This document shows positions 1 through 10,124 of a stretch of 64,000 nt of DNA, in pieces. Source of the stretch: Candidatus Latescibacterota bacterium (GTDB lineage: Bacteria; Latescibacterota; UBA2968); NCBI GenBank assembly GCA_965222605.1, contig OZ244960.1:5888001-5952000 (forward strand). Direction: 5' to 3'. The notes below the pieces were generated by a model that saw only the letters and a list, made by a program, of their open reading frames with translations, ran no database searches and was not told the DNA's origin. Position 1 is the stretch's first letter, and each line of letters starts with the position of its first letter. A program made the translations under genes and the position numbers.

Positions 1-277
1 ATAAAAGCTGCAAGCGGCGATCTACTGGCAGGTCGATGTTCAGGATGACTTCATCGACCAGATATCGATTCAAAAAGACGCTTATCTCACGGAGCGGAAC
101 GCCTACCATGATCAATAGCATCCCGAGGATGACTTTTGTCTTGTGGGGATACAGGTACTTAAAAAATCGCCAGAAGGTTTCCCATTCGCGGCTTGCACGT
201 TCCTGATCTGGAGACCAGGCAGCACCTCGCCACACTTCGGGTTTTCTCTGGGGAATGTCGAGAATTCTCATTGCCAT
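1..277 (-). CDS. ABC transporter permease/ATP-binding protein, N-terminal part (runs off window start)
   Basis: Manual translation from ATG 277: MAMRILDIPQ...FWRFFKYLYPHKTKVILGMLLIMVG...RYLVDEVIL, typical ABC exporter N-terminus; absent from ORF track because the stop is outside the window. Confidence 0.7.
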   Translation of the reverse strand, partial: MAMRILDIPQRKPEVWRGAAWSPDQERASREWETFWRFFKYLYPHKTKVILGMLLIMVGVPLREISVFLNRYLVDEVILNIDLPVDRRLQLL

Positions 278-296
278 CCTCAGGTCTTGTGAGACC

Positions 297-1688
297 TTAA
301 TTTTTCTTCCTATTCTCGTGATCTGGATACACAGCATTGAACACACGCGTTACCACATCTGGCGATGTCCGATTCTCAAAAGCCTCCAAAACTGGATCAT
401 TGGTTTCCTGCATTTGAGCCTGTAGAATCGCCCGCATTTCATCAGCTTTTGCACTGTATTCTGGATTGTCAATCAGGTTTTTTAAACAATTGGGGTCATG
501 CTCCAAATCGTATAACTCTTCCGGCACGCGATACCGAAACATCCGCACCCGTTCCGCAATATCTGGATTGCCTGGTGCAGCCTCCTCCATTGCGTGCATC
601 GTCAACCCTTCATTGTTATTGCGGTACCGATAGTCGTCTCGCACCCACATATTAAAGATGTATCCAAACTGATGATCCTGCACACACCGCATCGGCGTCG
701 CTGCTCCACCAGCCTTAGAATCGATCTGCGTAAATACATGCTCCCAACCCTCCTGCTTTTCGCCTCTTAGCAGCGGCACAAAAGATTGCCCATCCACACC
801 ATCCAAAGCAGGTAGCCCAATCGCATCTAACGCGGTCGGCAAGAAGTCAATGCCCGACATCAGTTCACTACATGTTGCACCACCTTTTGCAACACCGGGC
901 CACCGCACCAGCCATGGTGTGCGTGTACTCGCCAGATATGCATTACACTTGGCAAACGGCACAGCCATCCCGTTATCCGACAAAAAAGCGACCAGTGTAT
1001 TGTCCCTCAATCCTGCCTCTTCCAAAGCATTCATCACCGCCCCAAATGTATCATCCAAACGTCTCACCGAATTGTAATACCACGAAAGCTCCTTGCGAAT
1101 CAATGGAAGATCAGGCAAAAATCCGGGCACTTCAATTTCATCGGGGCTATACAACCGCGATGGCACCTCAGCACCACCACCTGGTCCTTCATCTGGATTG
1201 TAAAACGGTCGATGAGGATCATGAGAGTTCACCATAAAATAAAAGGGGTTGTTGGCGCTTTTACAGTTCTCGAAAAATTCCTTACAATACGCCCCATACT
1301 TCTGAGGGCTACGGCCAAAACCCAGGTCTTCTTGATCCCGACTAAAATCCCATGTAATCGAATCTTTTGGCGTTGAGTGATTCACTTTTCCGAGAAGGCC
1401 AGTCATATACCCCGCATCACTCAATGTTTCGATGATCGTCGGTGTGTCCTCAAATGTATGAAAAAACCCCATTCCGCCATTGTTATAACTATAGCGCCCG
1501 GTGTTCAACACATTGCGACTTGGCATACAAATGGCAACATTCACATGCCCATGACTGAACCGCATACCCTCTGCAGCAAACGCATCCAGGTTGGGGGAAA
1601 TATCTGGCACGTTTGATCCAAAACAACCGAGTGAATCGCAACCCAAATCATCTGCTGTAAACAGCAGGATATTTAATTTGTCTGCCAT
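297..1688 (-). CDS. Sulfatase (formylglycine-dependent, N-sulfoglucosamine sulfohydrolase-like)
   Basis: NILLFTADD metal motif, CMPSR (CxPxR) signature, SDNG, EELYDL C-terminal motif. Confidence 0.92.
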   Translation of the reverse strand: MADKLNILLFTADDLGCDSLGCFGSNVPDISPNLDAFAAEGMRFSHGHVNVAICMPSRNVLNTGRYSYNNGGMGFFHTFEDTPTIIETLSDAGYMTGLLGKVNHSTPKDSITWDFSRDQEDLGFGRSPQKYGAYCKEFFENCKSANNPFYFMVNSHDPHRPFYNPDEGPGGGAEVPSRLYSPDEIEVPGFLPDLPLIRKELSWYYNSVRRLDDTFGAVMNALEEAGLRDNTLVAFLSDNGMAVPFAKCNAYLASTRTPWLVRWPGVAKGGATCSELMSGIDFLPTALDAIGLPALDGVDGQSFVPLLRGEKQEGWEHVFTQIDSKAGGAATPMRCVQDHQFGYIFNMWVRDDYRYRNNNEGLTMHAMEEAAPGNPDIAERVRMFRYRVPEELYDLEHDPNCLKNLIDNPEYSAKADEMRAILQAQMQETNDPVLEAFENRTSPDVVTRVFNAVYPDHENRKKN

Positions 1689-1759
1689 AAGACCCTCACT
1701 TCCTCAAATTGACATTGGACACGTAAATTTATGAATATTCCGAATAACCCGCTACCGAA

Positions 1760-3718
1760 TTAGTATAGCGCGAGTGAATGCCCGTCATCGGGAAACCAGA
1801 TCATGTCGACGCCAAACGAAATCCCGACACCAACGAAATACCCCAGCATCATACCAAAGAAGAAGGGTGAGGCTTTGCGATACAGGCTGATTCCGCCAAT
1901 ACGGAGGATGGCGGCTTTGGCGAACCAGGCGAAGAAAATCGAGAATATAGTGCGATTGGCAGGGTATGAGGTTGCCGAGACCAGGCCGATGGGGTGCAGC
2001 GGAAAAGCCGGATAGATATAGCGGAGGACCATATTGGCGACGGTGACGGCAACTCCGATCAGCCCCCACAAGGCGAGATGTCGCTTCATTGCGAAGGGAT
2101 CGCGGATGTAACCAACTCCCCTGTCAAACACGGCCTGCACGGATCCCGCGTAGATGCCGCCGTAGTTGTATGCGCCCGTCTGGTAGCCGGAAGCGATCGC
2201 GTAATAGGCACTGCCTCCTACAACAACGGCAACGGCGATTGCGACTGCGAGGGTCATTCTCCCCCGGTCTTCGCGAACATCATCGAAGAGTTTCGTGGCG
2301 TTGGCCATCGGGGCCATCAGGACAGTTTTCAGGTCACGGTGCCAGGTGTAGGTCAACGCCATCGCCACAATGCTCTGCGCGTTCATGTTTGTGGGCCCAA
2401 CAATATGGTAGGTCGCGAACTGCGCGTGTATGATACGAGAGCTGATCAGCCCCGTTTCAATGCTGATCTTCGAGATCCCAAACCAGACCACAATAACGAG
2501 GGCGACGAAGACAAACGCCACATATACGGTCATTCCCGATGCGACGCACCACGCGGAGATGAACATCGCACTGAGGATGAGTCCGAATACCGCTGAACGA
2601 TAGGAGAGCATCTCCTGAGTATCGTCTATCGTCGGGTCCTTTGTGAATGCCTTTCTGACGACATCTCTCAAATGGCCGCGGGCGACCCACAGTCCCCAGG
2701 GAATCAGGACGAAAAGTGCGCCAAGTCCTTGCCAGTTTTCAAACTCGGAAGTATCTCCACGCGGTGGACCGGTTTCGAATCCAAGTCTTCTGAACACACC
2801 AACCTGAAACGTCAGGAACAGGAAGTAGATGATGATGCTTCCGGATACTTCGAGCTCAACGAAGTAAGAGGCACCGATGATCAGTGGATAGAATCGAGTC
2901 TCGATGGATGGAAAGTCTCGACCCAGTTGGATAAGCCCGAACTCCCTTGGAATGGTCGGGAAAACGGGGGTGAAGTATCCGATCATATTCCACATAATCG
3001 GGAAGATCGCGAAAGCGAAACCGATCCAGAAAACAGGCTGGTTCATGAACCCGGCGGTGAAAAACCCACGAGGCTCCTCGTCTGCCATGTTCATCGGCAG
3101 CTTCATCAGGGGGAAGGCGAGCCGTTCGTTCTCGACCCACTGCTTCCTGAGGATCGCGACGATACAATAGCAGAGGCAGGCGACTGCGCCTACGAGCGAC
3201 AGACGCCAGGTCAACGGTATGAGCCAGGCTCCCCACGGGATCGAAACGCCGCGAGGGAGTCCTTCGTAGAACCATTTGGCTGCAGTAACATCCGTTACGA
3301 CTGCCCAGTTGACGAGATACGGATGCAACTCGGTCGCCCAGCCGTTCTCGGATGATGGAAAGTAATAGGGCGCACCGATGTTCGCGATCATGTGCGCCAT
3401 AAAGTAGCTGGGCAGAGCTGATCCGATCAGGGCCATTGCAAAGATGACGAGAAGCTCGGCTCTCGTGAGCATGGCTCTCGGGCGGACGGCCTGGATGACT
3501 TTGTTAAGGATGACAACGATGATGATGAAGGGAACCATCACGCCCCAGGGCAGATGGTCCTGCGCCATCTTGGTCGTATGACCGATGTGACGCGTGTAGT
3601 GACCGCCCCACGCCATGAAAGTCACACACAGCGTACCAAGCGCAATGGATCGAGCCGTTATGGCGTGCCGAAGGGGACGAATCTCCGGTTCAGCTATGGG
3701 TTGTTGTACCCCGGCCAA
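1760..3718 (-). CDS. Large polytopic membrane protein, DUF6785/DUF6784-like (putative transporter)
   Basis: 652 aa, many hydrophobic segments, RKQWVENERLAFP and FPLHPIG motifs; TTG start with GGAGG RBS. Confidence 0.7.
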   Translation of the reverse strand: MAGVQQPIAEPEIRPLRHAITARSIALGTLCVTFMAWGGHYTRHIGHTTKMAQDHLPWGVMVPFIIIVVILNKVIQAVRPRAMLTRAELLVIFAMALIGSALPSYFMAHMIANIGAPYYFPSSENGWATELHPYLVNWAVVTDVTAAKWFYEGLPRGVSIPWGAWLIPLTWRLSLVGAVACLCYCIVAILRKQWVENERLAFPLMKLPMNMADEEPRGFFTAGFMNQPVFWIGFAFAIFPIMWNMIGYFTPVFPTIPREFGLIQLGRDFPSIETRFYPLIIGASYFVELEVSGSIIIYFLFLTFQVGVFRRLGFETGPPRGDTSEFENWQGLGALFVLIPWGLWVARGHLRDVVRKAFTKDPTIDDTQEMLSYRSAVFGLILSAMFISAWCVASGMTVYVAFVFVALVIVVWFGISKISIETGLISSRIIHAQFATYHIVGPTNMNAQSIVAMALTYTWHRDLKTVLMAPMANATKLFDDVREDRGRMTLAVAIAVAVVVGGSAYYAIASGYQTGAYNYGGIYAGSVQAVFDRGVGYIRDPFAMKRHLALWGLIGVAVTVANMVLRYIYPAFPLHPIGLVSATSYPANRTIFSIFFAWFAKAAILRIGGISLYRKASPFFFGMMLGYFVGVGISFGVDMIWFPDDGHSLALY

Positions 3719-3738
3719 TCAGGACCTCCAATATCTTC

Positions 3739-4893
3739 TTATCTGCTTATACGATACTTTTCCAGGGCATCTTCATCGAGTTCACATCCAAGTCCTGGCT
3801 TTGTTGGGACGATGGCTTCGCCCTTTTCAAATTGGATGCCATCCACAATCAGATCATCTTCCCGCGTCCAACTCCCGACAAAATCACTGGGCATAACGCA
3901 ATTTCGCGGAACACTTGCCGCGTGAAGATAGGCCATTTCCATTATGCCGAGGTCATTTCCAGATCCATGCCAGCAGGGAATGCCCGCGGCATCGGCTATC
4001 GCCGCGTTGTGGACAAATTGCCACATGCTGCCCCCCAAATTGAAAATATCTACTGCTTCCACCTTAATTGCGTTGATGATGTCATGGGGATTCGCCAGAT
4101 GCAATGCGACCGGGATGGTCGTTGCCGCTCTCAGTTGGCGATACCAATCCAGGTTCCATTTCGCCATTGGGTCTTCGAGCACGCCGACATTGCCCACTGC
4201 TTCGAATTGTTTTGCCAATGCAATTGCTTCTGCCGGGCGATAAAATCTCTGATTTGGATCGATTGTGCATTTGAACGATGTATCTGTGGCTTCCAGAATT
4301 GCCCGTACGCGAGCGACCATTGGTTCATCAGAGGTACATTTCATTTTTACGCCGTGAAATCCGCGTTCGTAACCGAGCCGCGCATTAACAGCCGATTCTT
4401 CGGGCGTTTGGTGGCCGATCCAGTAATCCGCTGGCACGCGGTCTCTGTACGCACCGCCGAGCAGTTCGTGAACAGGGCAGCCTCGAATTTTGCCCACGAT
4501 GTCAAAAATAGCCATTTCAAAAGCCTCATAACCCGCGCCAGTTCCCCAGCCGTTCAAACTCTCCCAATCGCGCGTTCCGCCCCCATCTCCAGACACAACC
4601 GCGTCTCTGAAAGGCACTGCTGTGTTGCGATACGTGGCGGCGTCTATAAATACGTTTTGCAGGCTTAGCCTGAGCGGATCTCGTCCTTTGAGTTGGTTAA
4701 ATCCCTGCCGAATGGCTCCTTCAGGTGTTCCGCGCGAGGTTTCTCCCAGTCCGTAAATCCCATCATCGGTATTTAGCCTGATGATGTGTTTGGGGACCTG
4801 GTCCCAGCCCGCAGGACCAAACGATTCGCTGTGTACACGGCCGGGTATGGTTGGAACAACGACTGTAATGATGTCGATGGATGCGATTTTCAT
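3739..4893 (-). CDS. Mandelate racemase/muconate lactonizing enzyme family protein
   Basis: TDDGIYGLGE, DIVGK, KMK, DPNQ/EDP metal ligands, PTKPGLG; start taken at MKIASIDII. Confidence 0.9.
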   Translation of the reverse strand: MKIASIDIITVVVPTIPGRVHSESFGPAGWDQVPKHIIRLNTDDGIYGLGETSRGTPEGAIRQGFNQLKGRDPLRLSLQNVFIDAATYRNTAVPFRDAVVSGDGGGTRDWESLNGWGTGAGYEAFEMAIFDIVGKIRGCPVHELLGGAYRDRVPADYWIGHQTPEESAVNARLGYERGFHGVKMKCTSDEPMVARVRAILEATDTSFKCTIDPNQRFYRPAEAIALAKQFEAVGNVGVLEDPMAKWNLDWYRQLRAATTIPVALHLANPHDIINAIKVEAVDIFNLGGSMWQFVHNAAIADAAGIPCWHGSGNDLGIMEMAYLHAASVPRNCVMPSDFVGSWTREDDLIVDGIQFEKGEAIVPTKPGLGCELDEDALEKYRISR

Positions 4894-5118
4894 GGGTTTT
4901 TTCTCCGCAGTGTACAAACACAGTTTTCACTTTGATGCATAAGAATACCTGCACAAATTGATTACTGACGTTACACACGCGAAATAATTTCGTCAAGGCT
5001 ATTTATCGCGAGGCGAGTTGATAATAGCCCCATTAGAATGCTATTGTAAAGTACTTTGGCATATATTATTCTAAAATTATTGAAGTATTTCATCGCTGTT
5101 TTTTACAAAGGAGGCGTG

Positions 5119-6165
5119 ATGAAAATTACAAAGGTCGAACAGATGCGCGTGTTCGTGCCCTGGCAGGATTCCTATAAGGAGCCGATGGTGTCCTGGCGGG
5201 GGATGAGTGGCACAACGCCAGAAGAAGAGGATTCCTATGTGATTGTGCAGGTGCATACCGACGAGGGCATTGTGGGGATTGGGGAGGGAGGGCGTTCGAT
5301 GGCACAGACCGAGCGGCAGGCACAGCAGTATATCGGCAAGAATCCGATGGAACTGGATATGTTCAATCTCGGGCGACCCTGGGCGCATGCTTTTATCGAT
5401 ATTGCGGGCAAGGCGCTGGGGGTGCCGGCCTATCGGCTGATTGGCAACGGCAAGCATAGAGACCGTGTTCCGGTGGATTACTGGTCGCCTTATTTGCCCC
5501 CGGAAGAGACCCGCAAGCACGCCGAAGAGGGCGCGAAGCGGGGATTTAAGCTGCACAAGATCAAGGCGCGCCCCTGGGATACGGTGTGGCAGGTGAAGGT
5601 GATGACCGAGGCGGGCGGGCCGGACTACAAGATCCGCATAGATCCGAACGAGAAGTTCGATACCCTGTCGGAGACGGTACGCATTGACGATGCGTTACAG
5701 GAGTATCCCAATGTGGAATGCTTTGAAGACCCCGTGCCCAAGGCGCATCCGGAGTGGTACGGGATTTTGCGGCAGAAGTGTCGGGCATCTCTGGCGATTC
5801 ACACCACGGATACGCGGTTGATTCTGAACCATTTGCGCCACAATGGGATAGATATTGTCAATGTAGGGGGTACCATCAACCGGGTGATCCGGGCCGCGGC
5901 AATGGCCGAGGCGGCCGGATGCCCGGTGTGGATCCAGATGGAGGGGCACTGCTATGCGATCCAGGCGGCGTTTAACGCACACATAGGCGCGGCTGTGCCA
6001 AATGCCACGCTGCCCTATGGAATGCGCCCGTTTATCAGGGAAGCGTGCATTACAAAAGAAGGCTATGGATTTGCCGTGGAAGACGCGCACATGCCTGTGC
6101 CCGAAGAACCGGGGCTGGGCATTTCGCTGGATCTAAAGGTGTGCGAGAAGTTCCGGATTGAGTGA
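5119..6165 (+). CDS. Mandelate racemase/muconate lactonizing enzyme family protein
   Basis: TDEGIVGIGE, DIAGK, KIK, DPNE/EDP, PEEPGLG; AGGAGG RBS before ATG 5119. Confidence 0.9.
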   Translation: MKITKVEQMRVFVPWQDSYKEPMVSWRGMSGTTPEEEDSYVIVQVHTDEGIVGIGEGGRSMAQTERQAQQYIGKNPMELDMFNLGRPWAHAFIDIAGKALGVPAYRLIGNGKHRDRVPVDYWSPYLPPEETRKHAEEGAKRGFKLHKIKARPWDTVWQVKVMTEAGGPDYKIRIDPNEKFDTLSETVRIDDALQEYPNVECFEDPVPKAHPEWYGILRQKCRASLAIHTTDTRLILNHLRHNGIDIVNVGGTINRVIRAAAMAEAAGCPVWIQMEGHCYAIQAAFNAHIGAAVPNATLPYGMRPFIREACITKEGYGFAVEDAHMPVPEEPGLGISLDLKVCEKFRIE

Positions 6166-6168
6166 TGC

Positions 6169-6912
6169 CTATATGCTCCGCCCGCCATCTACAATGAGAT
6201 TTTCCCCCGTGACAAAGGGGCTGAGGATAAGTCCGAGGATGGCGTCGGCACAGTCTTCGCCGGTTGCGACGCGGCCCATTGGTGTGGCTTCCAGATGGAG
6301 TTTGCGGAAGGCCTCCCAGCCGATTCCCCAGCGCGTATCGACAAAGCCCGGAGAGATGGCGTTGACCTGGATATCGGGTGCTTGACTGGTGGCCAGAGAA
6401 TTCGTCAGGCAGATCAGCGCGGCTTTAGATGCGGAATAGGCAATTGAACTGCCCTTTCCAGAGATACCGGAGATGGAAGCGACGTTGACGATGCTTCCAC
6501 CGTCATTCTCTTTCATCTTTGGGATTGCTGCCCTGGCTGCGAAGAAGGCGCCCTTTACGTTGACGGCCATCGCGCGATCCCAGTCCTCTTCGGTCAGGTT
6601 TTCCAGATCGTCCAGCGGCACAAACCGCGTCATGCCCGCGCTGTTGACGAGAATGTCGAGGCGACCCAGTTCAGCGACTACGCGATCTACCATTTGCCGA
6701 ACGGCTGCATCGTCCGATACGTCTGCTTTGACGGCAATGGCTTTGCGCCCCAGTGCTTCGATATCCGCACAGGTTTTGTTGGCGTCATCTTCAGATCGGC
6801 TGTAGTTGACGGCGATGTCTGCGCCTTCTGTGGCGAATAGCAGCGATGTCGCGCGACCAATGCCAGTTCCTCCTCCAGTGACAAGTGCTACTTTGCCATC
6901 GAGTTTTCCCAT
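6169..6912 (-). CDS. Short-chain dehydrogenase/reductase
   Basis: TGGGTGIG, NSAG, YSASK; true start MGKLDGK at 6912 with AAGGGAG RBS (ORF-track extension is the upstream tandem repeat). Confidence 0.92.
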   Translation of the reverse strand: MGKLDGKVALVTGGGTGIGRATSLLFATEGADIAVNYSRSEDDANKTCADIEALGRKAIAVKADVSDDAAVRQMVDRVVAELGRLDILVNSAGMTRFVPLDDLENLTEEDWDRAMAVNVKGAFFAARAAIPKMKENDGGSIVNVASISGISGKGSSIAYSASKAALICLTNSLATSQAPDIQVNAISPGFVDTRWGIGWEAFRKLHLEATPMGRVATGEDCADAILGLILSPFVTGENLIVDGGRSI

Positions 6913-6941
6913 GGTGACTCCCTTTAATGTTGTGTGGATAA

Positions 6942-7004
6942 AATCGCTTAAATTAGGCGAAGAATCGCTTAAATTAGGCGAAGAATCGCTTAAATTAGGC
7001 GAAG
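6942..7004. repeat. Three perfect tandem copies of a 21-bp near-palindromic unit
   Basis: AATCGCTTAAATTAGGCGAAG x3 (6942, 6963, 6984); core TCGCTTAA-A-TTAGGCGA is an inverted repeat with one mismatch. Confidence 0.97.
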
Positions 7005-7201
7005 ATATGTCCAAATGTCAATTGGGTTCTCAGGTTCTTACCGATGGATAGTATATGAGAAAAAGCCAATGTATTAAAGCGGAAATTGACGCTGCCCAAC
7101 TCTGACACGGCGTTTTATTTTATTTTATTTTTTAAATTTAATACCATATTGGTGTTGGGCTTACAAGGTGGGGTTTACAGCATCTTTGAAAGGAGGCTAC
7201 G

Positions 7202-8194
7202 ATGAAAGCAGCCGTTTATTGCGGTCCGCATGATATTCAGGTGGCAGATGTGCCAAAGCCGGAAATCAATGCAAATGAGATTCTGGTGAGGGTAAAAGCG
7301 TGTGGAATCTGTGGGTCGGATCTGCACGTTTATCGCATCGGGCTATTTGAAGAATCTTTAGGGCGTCCGACAGAAAAGGGTCTCGTCATGGGGCACGAGT
7401 TTAGCGGTGAGGTTGTAGAGACGGGGCGAGATGTGCAGCGGTTTCGGGTGGGCGACCACATTTCTGGTGGAGGATTGGGCGGGTTTGCTGAATATCTTCC
7501 CCTGGAAGTCAATCCCAATCGTCCCTACAGGTTGCCCGAGACCATCAGCTTTGAAGAAGGTGCGATGATGGAGCCTCTCGCCACGTCGGTACACGCAGTT
7601 GGTCTGGCAAAACCCACCGAGGGAGAAACAGTGGTCATTCTGGGCGTTGGGATTATCGGTTTGGGATGCATCCAGGTCATACGGGCAACTGCGGGTGGGC
7701 GCATTATCGCGGTTGATGCGTCGCCAAAAAGGTTGGCGATGGCGCGTCAATTGGGTGCGGATGAGATTGTGAACTTGACAGAAGTAGATCCCGTGGAAGC
7801 TGTTATTGAACTCACGGGCGGTGAGCGACCTGTGGAAAGATTTGGTGTGCGGGGAGGAAATGCCGATGTGGTGATCGATTGTGCTGGCGCGAGGACTTCG
7901 CCCAATCAGGGTTTGACCATGCTAAAACAACAAAATGGCCGCCTCGTTCCCGTTGCATTATTTGAAGATCAGCCCGAACTCGATTTCAATCAGGTTGTGC
8001 GCAAGCAAGTCACGCTTCAGGGGTCATGGTCATGGACTCCCGATGATTACACCTATGGGATTGAACTCGTCAGGACCGGAAAAATTGATCGGAAACCTCT
8101 CGTTTCTCATGCTTTTCCACTCGACCAGGCGCCCGAAGCGTTTGCGACACAGGCGAAACCAGATGCTGCGATCAAAATTTTGTTAAAACCGTGA
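7202..8194 (+). CDS. Zinc-dependent (MDR) alcohol/polyol dehydrogenase
   Basis: CGICGSD, GHEFSG, EPLA, GVGIIG; lacks the structural-zinc Cys loop. Confidence 0.92.
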   Translation: MKAAVYCGPHDIQVADVPKPEINANEILVRVKACGICGSDLHVYRIGLFEESLGRPTEKGLVMGHEFSGEVVETGRDVQRFRVGDHISGGGLGGFAEYLPLEVNPNRPYRLPETISFEEGAMMEPLATSVHAVGLAKPTEGETVVILGVGIIGLGCIQVIRATAGGRIIAVDASPKRLAMARQLGADEIVNLTEVDPVEAVIELTGGERPVERFGVRGGNADVVIDCAGARTSPNQGLTMLKQQNGRLVPVALFEDQPELDFNQVVRKQVTLQGSWSWTPDDYTYGIELVRTGKIDRKPLVSHAFPLDQAPEAFATQAKPDAAIKILLKP

Positions 8195-8216
8195 GTAATC
8201 ATTAAAAGAGGATAGC

Positions 8217-9374
8217 ATGAAGATTACCGATGTTCAAGCATGTGTGATTGGCAAACCCCAATCCCATAGTGGTGGGTGCGTGTGGACATTTGTCCGGATA
8301 TATACCGACGAGGGCATTGTGGGTACGGGCGAATGCAATTCAGCCTCGCAGTACACGGGTTTTGGTTTGAAAGAATCGATTTTAAAAATGAAAGAGATGT
8401 TGATTGGTGAAGACCCGATGAATGTGGGGCCGTTGTACGAGAAAATGCGTCGTCGTGGACGGTATGCGGGTACTACCCATGCACCGCTGATTTTTGCACT
8501 GACCGGCATCGAAAATGCGTTGTACGACATTGTGGGTAAGGCGTTGGAGGTGCCAATTTATCAGTTGTTGGGGGGTAAGTTCCGCGATAAGATCCGGCTC
8601 TACGCCGATTGTCACGCTGGGGATTCGGCCACGCCAGAGGCGTATGCCGAGAAGGCGCTGAGTGTTGTCGAGGAAGGCTACAGCGCGGTGAAATTTGATG
8701 TGGATCATTCGGGTGTGGGCAAGCTTGATCCGATGAATTGGACGGTGGGTTCACGGGAAATGACGCATGTGATTAATTTGATCCGTGCGATTCGCGAGGG
8801 TATTGGTTTCGACATCGATTTGGCGATTGATTGCCACGGCCAGTTTGATTTGCCTTCGGCGATTACGTTGGCAAAAGCTGTGGAAGATGTGCGGTTGATG
8901 TGGTTGGAAGAGCCAGTACCTGCTGAGAATATTGATGCGTTGGCTCAGGTGCGTGCATCTACGAGCACGGTCATTTGCACAGGTGAAAATCATTACACCC
9001 GTTTTGAATTTTTGGAGATGTTCAGACAAAAAGCAGTGGATATCATTATGCCGGATTTGGCCAAATCGGGTGGCATTATGGAGGCCAAGCGCATTGCCGA
9101 AATTGCCGATGCGCATTATATCCCCATTGCGCCACATAATGTGTCGTCCCCCCTGGGCATGATGGCCGCGTGTCATGTACTGGCGACAGTTCCCAACTTT
9201 TTTGTGCTCGAATTTCACGGGCGCGACATTCCGTGGTGGGGCGATCTGTGTGGAGGCGAAGAATTTATCAAAGGGGGCTGGATGGCTGTCTCTGACAAAC
9301 CCGGTATTGGCGTCGAGTTAGATCCTACCGTCGCCAAAACACTGCTGGCTGACGGGGATACCTATTTTGATTGA
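8217..9374 (+). CDS. Enolase-superfamily acid-sugar dehydratase (galactonate/gluconate dehydratase-like)
   Basis: TDEGIVGTGE, KFD, DCHG, WLEEP, TGEN, PHN, PGIG. Confidence 0.88.
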   Translation: MKITDVQACVIGKPQSHSGGCVWTFVRIYTDEGIVGTGECNSASQYTGFGLKESILKMKEMLIGEDPMNVGPLYEKMRRRGRYAGTTHAPLIFALTGIENALYDIVGKALEVPIYQLLGGKFRDKIRLYADCHAGDSATPEAYAEKALSVVEEGYSAVKFDVDHSGVGKLDPMNWTVGSREMTHVINLIRAIREGIGFDIDLAIDCHGQFDLPSAITLAKAVEDVRLMWLEEPVPAENIDALAQVRASTSTVICTGENHYTRFEFLEMFRQKAVDIIMPDLAKSGGIMEAKRIAEIADAHYIPIAPHNVSSPLGMMAACHVLATVPNFFVLEFHGRDIPWWGDLCGGEEFIKGGWMAVSDKPGIGVELDPTVAKTLLADGDTYFD

Positions 9375-9422
9375 GGTTACATCACCCAAAATGGATGAGG
9401 ACACAGCCTGTTTTGGCAGTCG

Positions 9423-10124
9423 TTAGATAAGTTCAATATCGCGCAAGATCCAGGATAGCAGGGTAAATGTGACAAAGACGGGCCGATTTTGTGAATCGAA
9501 TACATAGTGGATGGGCAGTGTGCCATATCCCGTGTGGCGAAAAGAGAGAAAGGATTGGCCGTTGGCTTCGATTTGTTCTGGGCCTTGAAGTAGCTGATCT
9601 GTTTTACAGTACGTGAGTTCGTCAATGGTTGTAAATGCTTCGTCTATTGGTGTGGCGCGATTGGCGAGCGCAAAGAGGAGAATCCACTGACACGATATGG
9701 ATGTATCCGCCGAGAGGTGTTTTTTCCCCGCGTTCATTTCTATGGTCGCGTCCCGAACTGTGCCATTCACGAGCAGGCGTTTATCCGGTGTTTCTGCCTG
9801 GTACCAGTCGAGTTTCCAGTTCTGGATTGATTCTCCAATGCGCTCATCCCGCGTTGTTGTGATTGTTGCTTCGTAAATCTCCTGTCCACCACCATTGCGT
9901 TTTTCAACGATCTGGTATTCTGTTCCATTTTCTTTTTTGTAACGCGAGATTTCCACGGTTCCCATTGGTCTGTCATCGGTCAAACCATTGGGATGCGTGT
10001 TTGTCCACTGTAGAATTTCGTAGGTCAATTTGCAATTGGAATCCAATTGAATGGTTTGGTTTGGGGCATCGTAATTTTGCAATTGCCCGGCGATTGCGTT
10101 GAGTTCGGCTGGTATGGTGTTCAT
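9423..10124 (-). CDS. Hypothetical protein, translationally coupled to upstream sulfatase
   Basis: ORF of about 233 aa; ATGA overlap with sulfatase stop at 10121-10124; no motif recognised. Confidence 0.65.
   Translation of the reverse strand: MNTIPAELNAIAGQLQNYDAPNQTIQLDSNCKLTYEILQWTNTHPNGLTDDRPMGTVEISRYKKENGTEYQIVEKRNGGGQEIYEATITTTRDERIGESIQNWKLDWYQAETPDKRLLVNGTVRDATIEMNAGKKHLSADTSISCQWILLFALANRATPIDEAFTTIDELTYCKTDQLLQGPEQIEANGQSFLSFRHTGYGTLPIHYVFDSQNRPVFVTFTLLSWILRDIELI

Noticed and set aside
6942-7004. Mini CRISPR array or N-terminal peptide repeat (SSPNLSD x3) of the SDR
   Set aside because: No unique spacers and no cas genes; the SDR has a better start with RBS at 6912, so the repeat is non-coding
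7113-7157. TTTTA microsatellite and ACCA-TAT-TGGT palindrome
   Set aside because: Too short to distinguish from ordinary AT-rich promoter sequence
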